A stretch of DNA of 64,000 bases, taken from positions 21,948,001 through 22,012,000 of the forward strand of contig NC_134474.1 in the NCBI RefSeq assembly GCF_964194025.1, read 5' to 3'. Positions 61,977 to 64,000 of the stretch are shown in pieces. Source of the DNA: Convolutriloba macropyga (lineage: Eukaryota). Below the pieces are notes generated by a model, which saw only the letters and a program-made list of their open reading frames with translations, did no database searches and was not told the DNA's origin. The stretch's first letter is position 1; the number at the start of each line of letters is the position of its first letter. Position numbers and translations under genes: made by a program.

Positions 61977-64000
61977 ATGTCTCACTCAACTAACAGTAAT
62001 GTAAACATGTAAACTTCTGCGACGTCTGTGATTTATCCTTTGAAACAAAGGATTTATACATGCATCAAACATATGATTCTAAACATAAAAAATTGTTAGA
62101 GAAAATGTTTGGCTCTGATGATGAAGCCCCAATCGATGTTAAACCCAAAGCTGAAAAGGTTATACCCCCATCACCCCAACCCATACCTGAAAACATGGAG
62201 AGAGTGTATGACTCATAAGAAGAATATTACTTCCTCAGACCTAAGCCTAAATCTGAGAGTAAGCCTACAGGGGCTTCGCCCTTGGCTCCCCAAACTGAGA
62301 GTATACAAAAAAATAACACTAATGATATTTTTAGAACTATACCCAATACTATATCTGAAACTAAAACAAAGATGACTCGGAGACCACGTCACGTCATAAT
62401 ATCCATTCTATTATTAAGTATGAATGTAAAGAGTGTCATGCAGAATTTAGAAATAAAATAGCCCTAACTACTCACTCATATAGTCATATTCGTAAGTATC
62501 TCGAAAATACAGATAACTTTGACATAAACTCTAGCCAGAACATGAAACAATTTTATAATACTGATAAAGTCGTTTACTTTGAAGATATAGATGAAGCTAT
62601 TAATAATTCTTAAGAAAAAATTAAAAACTGTTACCAGTGTCGTAAAGTTAAGAGTTTTAAATATAAGATCACAGCCGAGGTCTGATCTTAAAAGGAAATA
62701 TATGAAGACTATGGAAATATATGAAGACTATGGCTATGACTTTGAGTTTCTTAGATTAAGAAGTATTCAGATAAATATTGAACCAACTAAAGAATCTATT
62801 GGTAGTTATATAGATTTATCCCCCGATCACAAAAACTCTTAATCAATATTGAATATACGCAACTCCAAATACAATTGCTTGCAACCAACTATTACTGCTT
62901 GGCTAAATCCCGCCATGGACCATGCAACACGTGAAAGTAAATACCAGAATAAACTAATTGCACCAAGACAACAACATGAAGATGACTTCGGCTATATATA
63001 TGACTTCTGCTGAAGGCAAAGTAGAATTGTTTAAGCGGGTGGATGGTTTTAATAAAGACAGAAAAGACGTGAGAATACTAGTTTGGGGGAATGGACAAAG
63101 AGAACACTATGCTCTAATTAAAAACATAGAAACCATGTTAGATCGATCGAAAAAAATGAATCATAAATTCTCTTACTGTGATAGATGTATACATTGGTTT
63201 AAATCTCAGATTGAATATAACAATCATATATGTAGTCACTCTTTCAAACCAGAGATTGTTTGTCCAAAGAAAAAGCATATTACTTTTATAAATGAACACA
63301 AGCGTCAGAATACAAAAAAAAGTATTATAACTGATGATATAGAATATTGCATTGTTAACGTCTCATCTAATTACTGCAAATACGTAATACCTGAACACAT
63401 ACCAATAAGTTTGGTTTCATATGGCAAGGTAATTTCATACACTACTTTGGTTTGGACTGTATCAAAAGATTTGCTAGAGATCTATTAGATATAGAAACAG
63501 AGAATAATTTCAAGTTAAAGAAACCAATGATATTTAATAAAGAAGATGATTTATATCATGAAACCAATAACACTTGTAATATTTGTAGCAAAACAAGTAT
63601 TAAAAAAGTAAGGGATCAATGTCATGAAACTGGTAAATATAGAGGACCAGCATGTAAATTTGTGATCGAAGATACTAACAACAAAACTTCATTCCCATAA
63701 TATTCCATAATGGCTCCAGTTATGATTTCAATCTACTATATAGTGAACTCTTTAAACAGAATGATGATAAACAAAAGTAGATAACATACCACTAGTTGCT
63801 GGCAAGTCTAAGATGTTTAGCATCGGTTGTCTTAAATTCTTAGATAGTTATAACTTCTTAGCTATGCATCTAGATCAAATGGCAAAGATATATCAATGTA
63901 AAACTAAAACAATATTTTCATATGAATACTTTGGTTTAGATGACTTGTAAACCACGACAAAGTCGTTTGATAATCTTACAGGTAATCTAAATATAGAAGA
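61977..64000 (+). pseudogene. Polinton-type protein-primed family B DNA polymerase (5' part) with N-terminal C2H2 fingers and an endonuclease VII-like insert
   Basis: In order: CDVC...H, YECKECHAEFRNKIALTTHSYSH, GSYIDL...ILNIRNSKYNCL, EHYALIKN...YCDRC...H, KVRDQCHETGKYRGPAC, IPIIFHNGSSYDF, LKFLDSYNFL, FSYEY; multiple stops and frameshifts; runs off the window. Confidence 0.85.

Overview
AT-rich eukaryotic (animal-like) scaffold segment with three N gaps, almost entirely made of decayed mobile DNA; I could not support any intact long ORF. From left to right it contains: a tRNA-iMet-like gene and a hairpin element; a tandemly re-duplicated, decayed Polinton/Maverick-like virus morphogenesis module (about 2.4-12.7 kb: packaging ATPase, minor capsid, major capsid, small genes, plus a second divergently oriented ATPase); a roughly 210-bp array that reads as a decayed ~70-aa repeat protein; two BEL/Pao gag(-pro) relics; a nested foldback element; a 1.1-1.7 kb tandem array carrying a LINE ORF2 fragment; two copies of a non-autonomous CCC...GGG (CMC-EnSpm/CACTA-like) element with 2-bp TSDs, an internal tRNA-like Pol III promoter and a higher-order satellite; a decayed Tc1 (DD34E) element; further Polinton-like genes at about 52-54 kb; and a protein-primed PolB pseudogene at 62-64 kb. 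The main host-gene trace is a set of spliceable exons of a GT11 alpha-1,2-fucosyltransferase-like gene (GRLGNQ exon at 26.0 kb, HxRxxDY exon at 56.7 kb). All family calls come from manual translation and motif recognition, not database searches, and boundaries of decayed elements are approximate.
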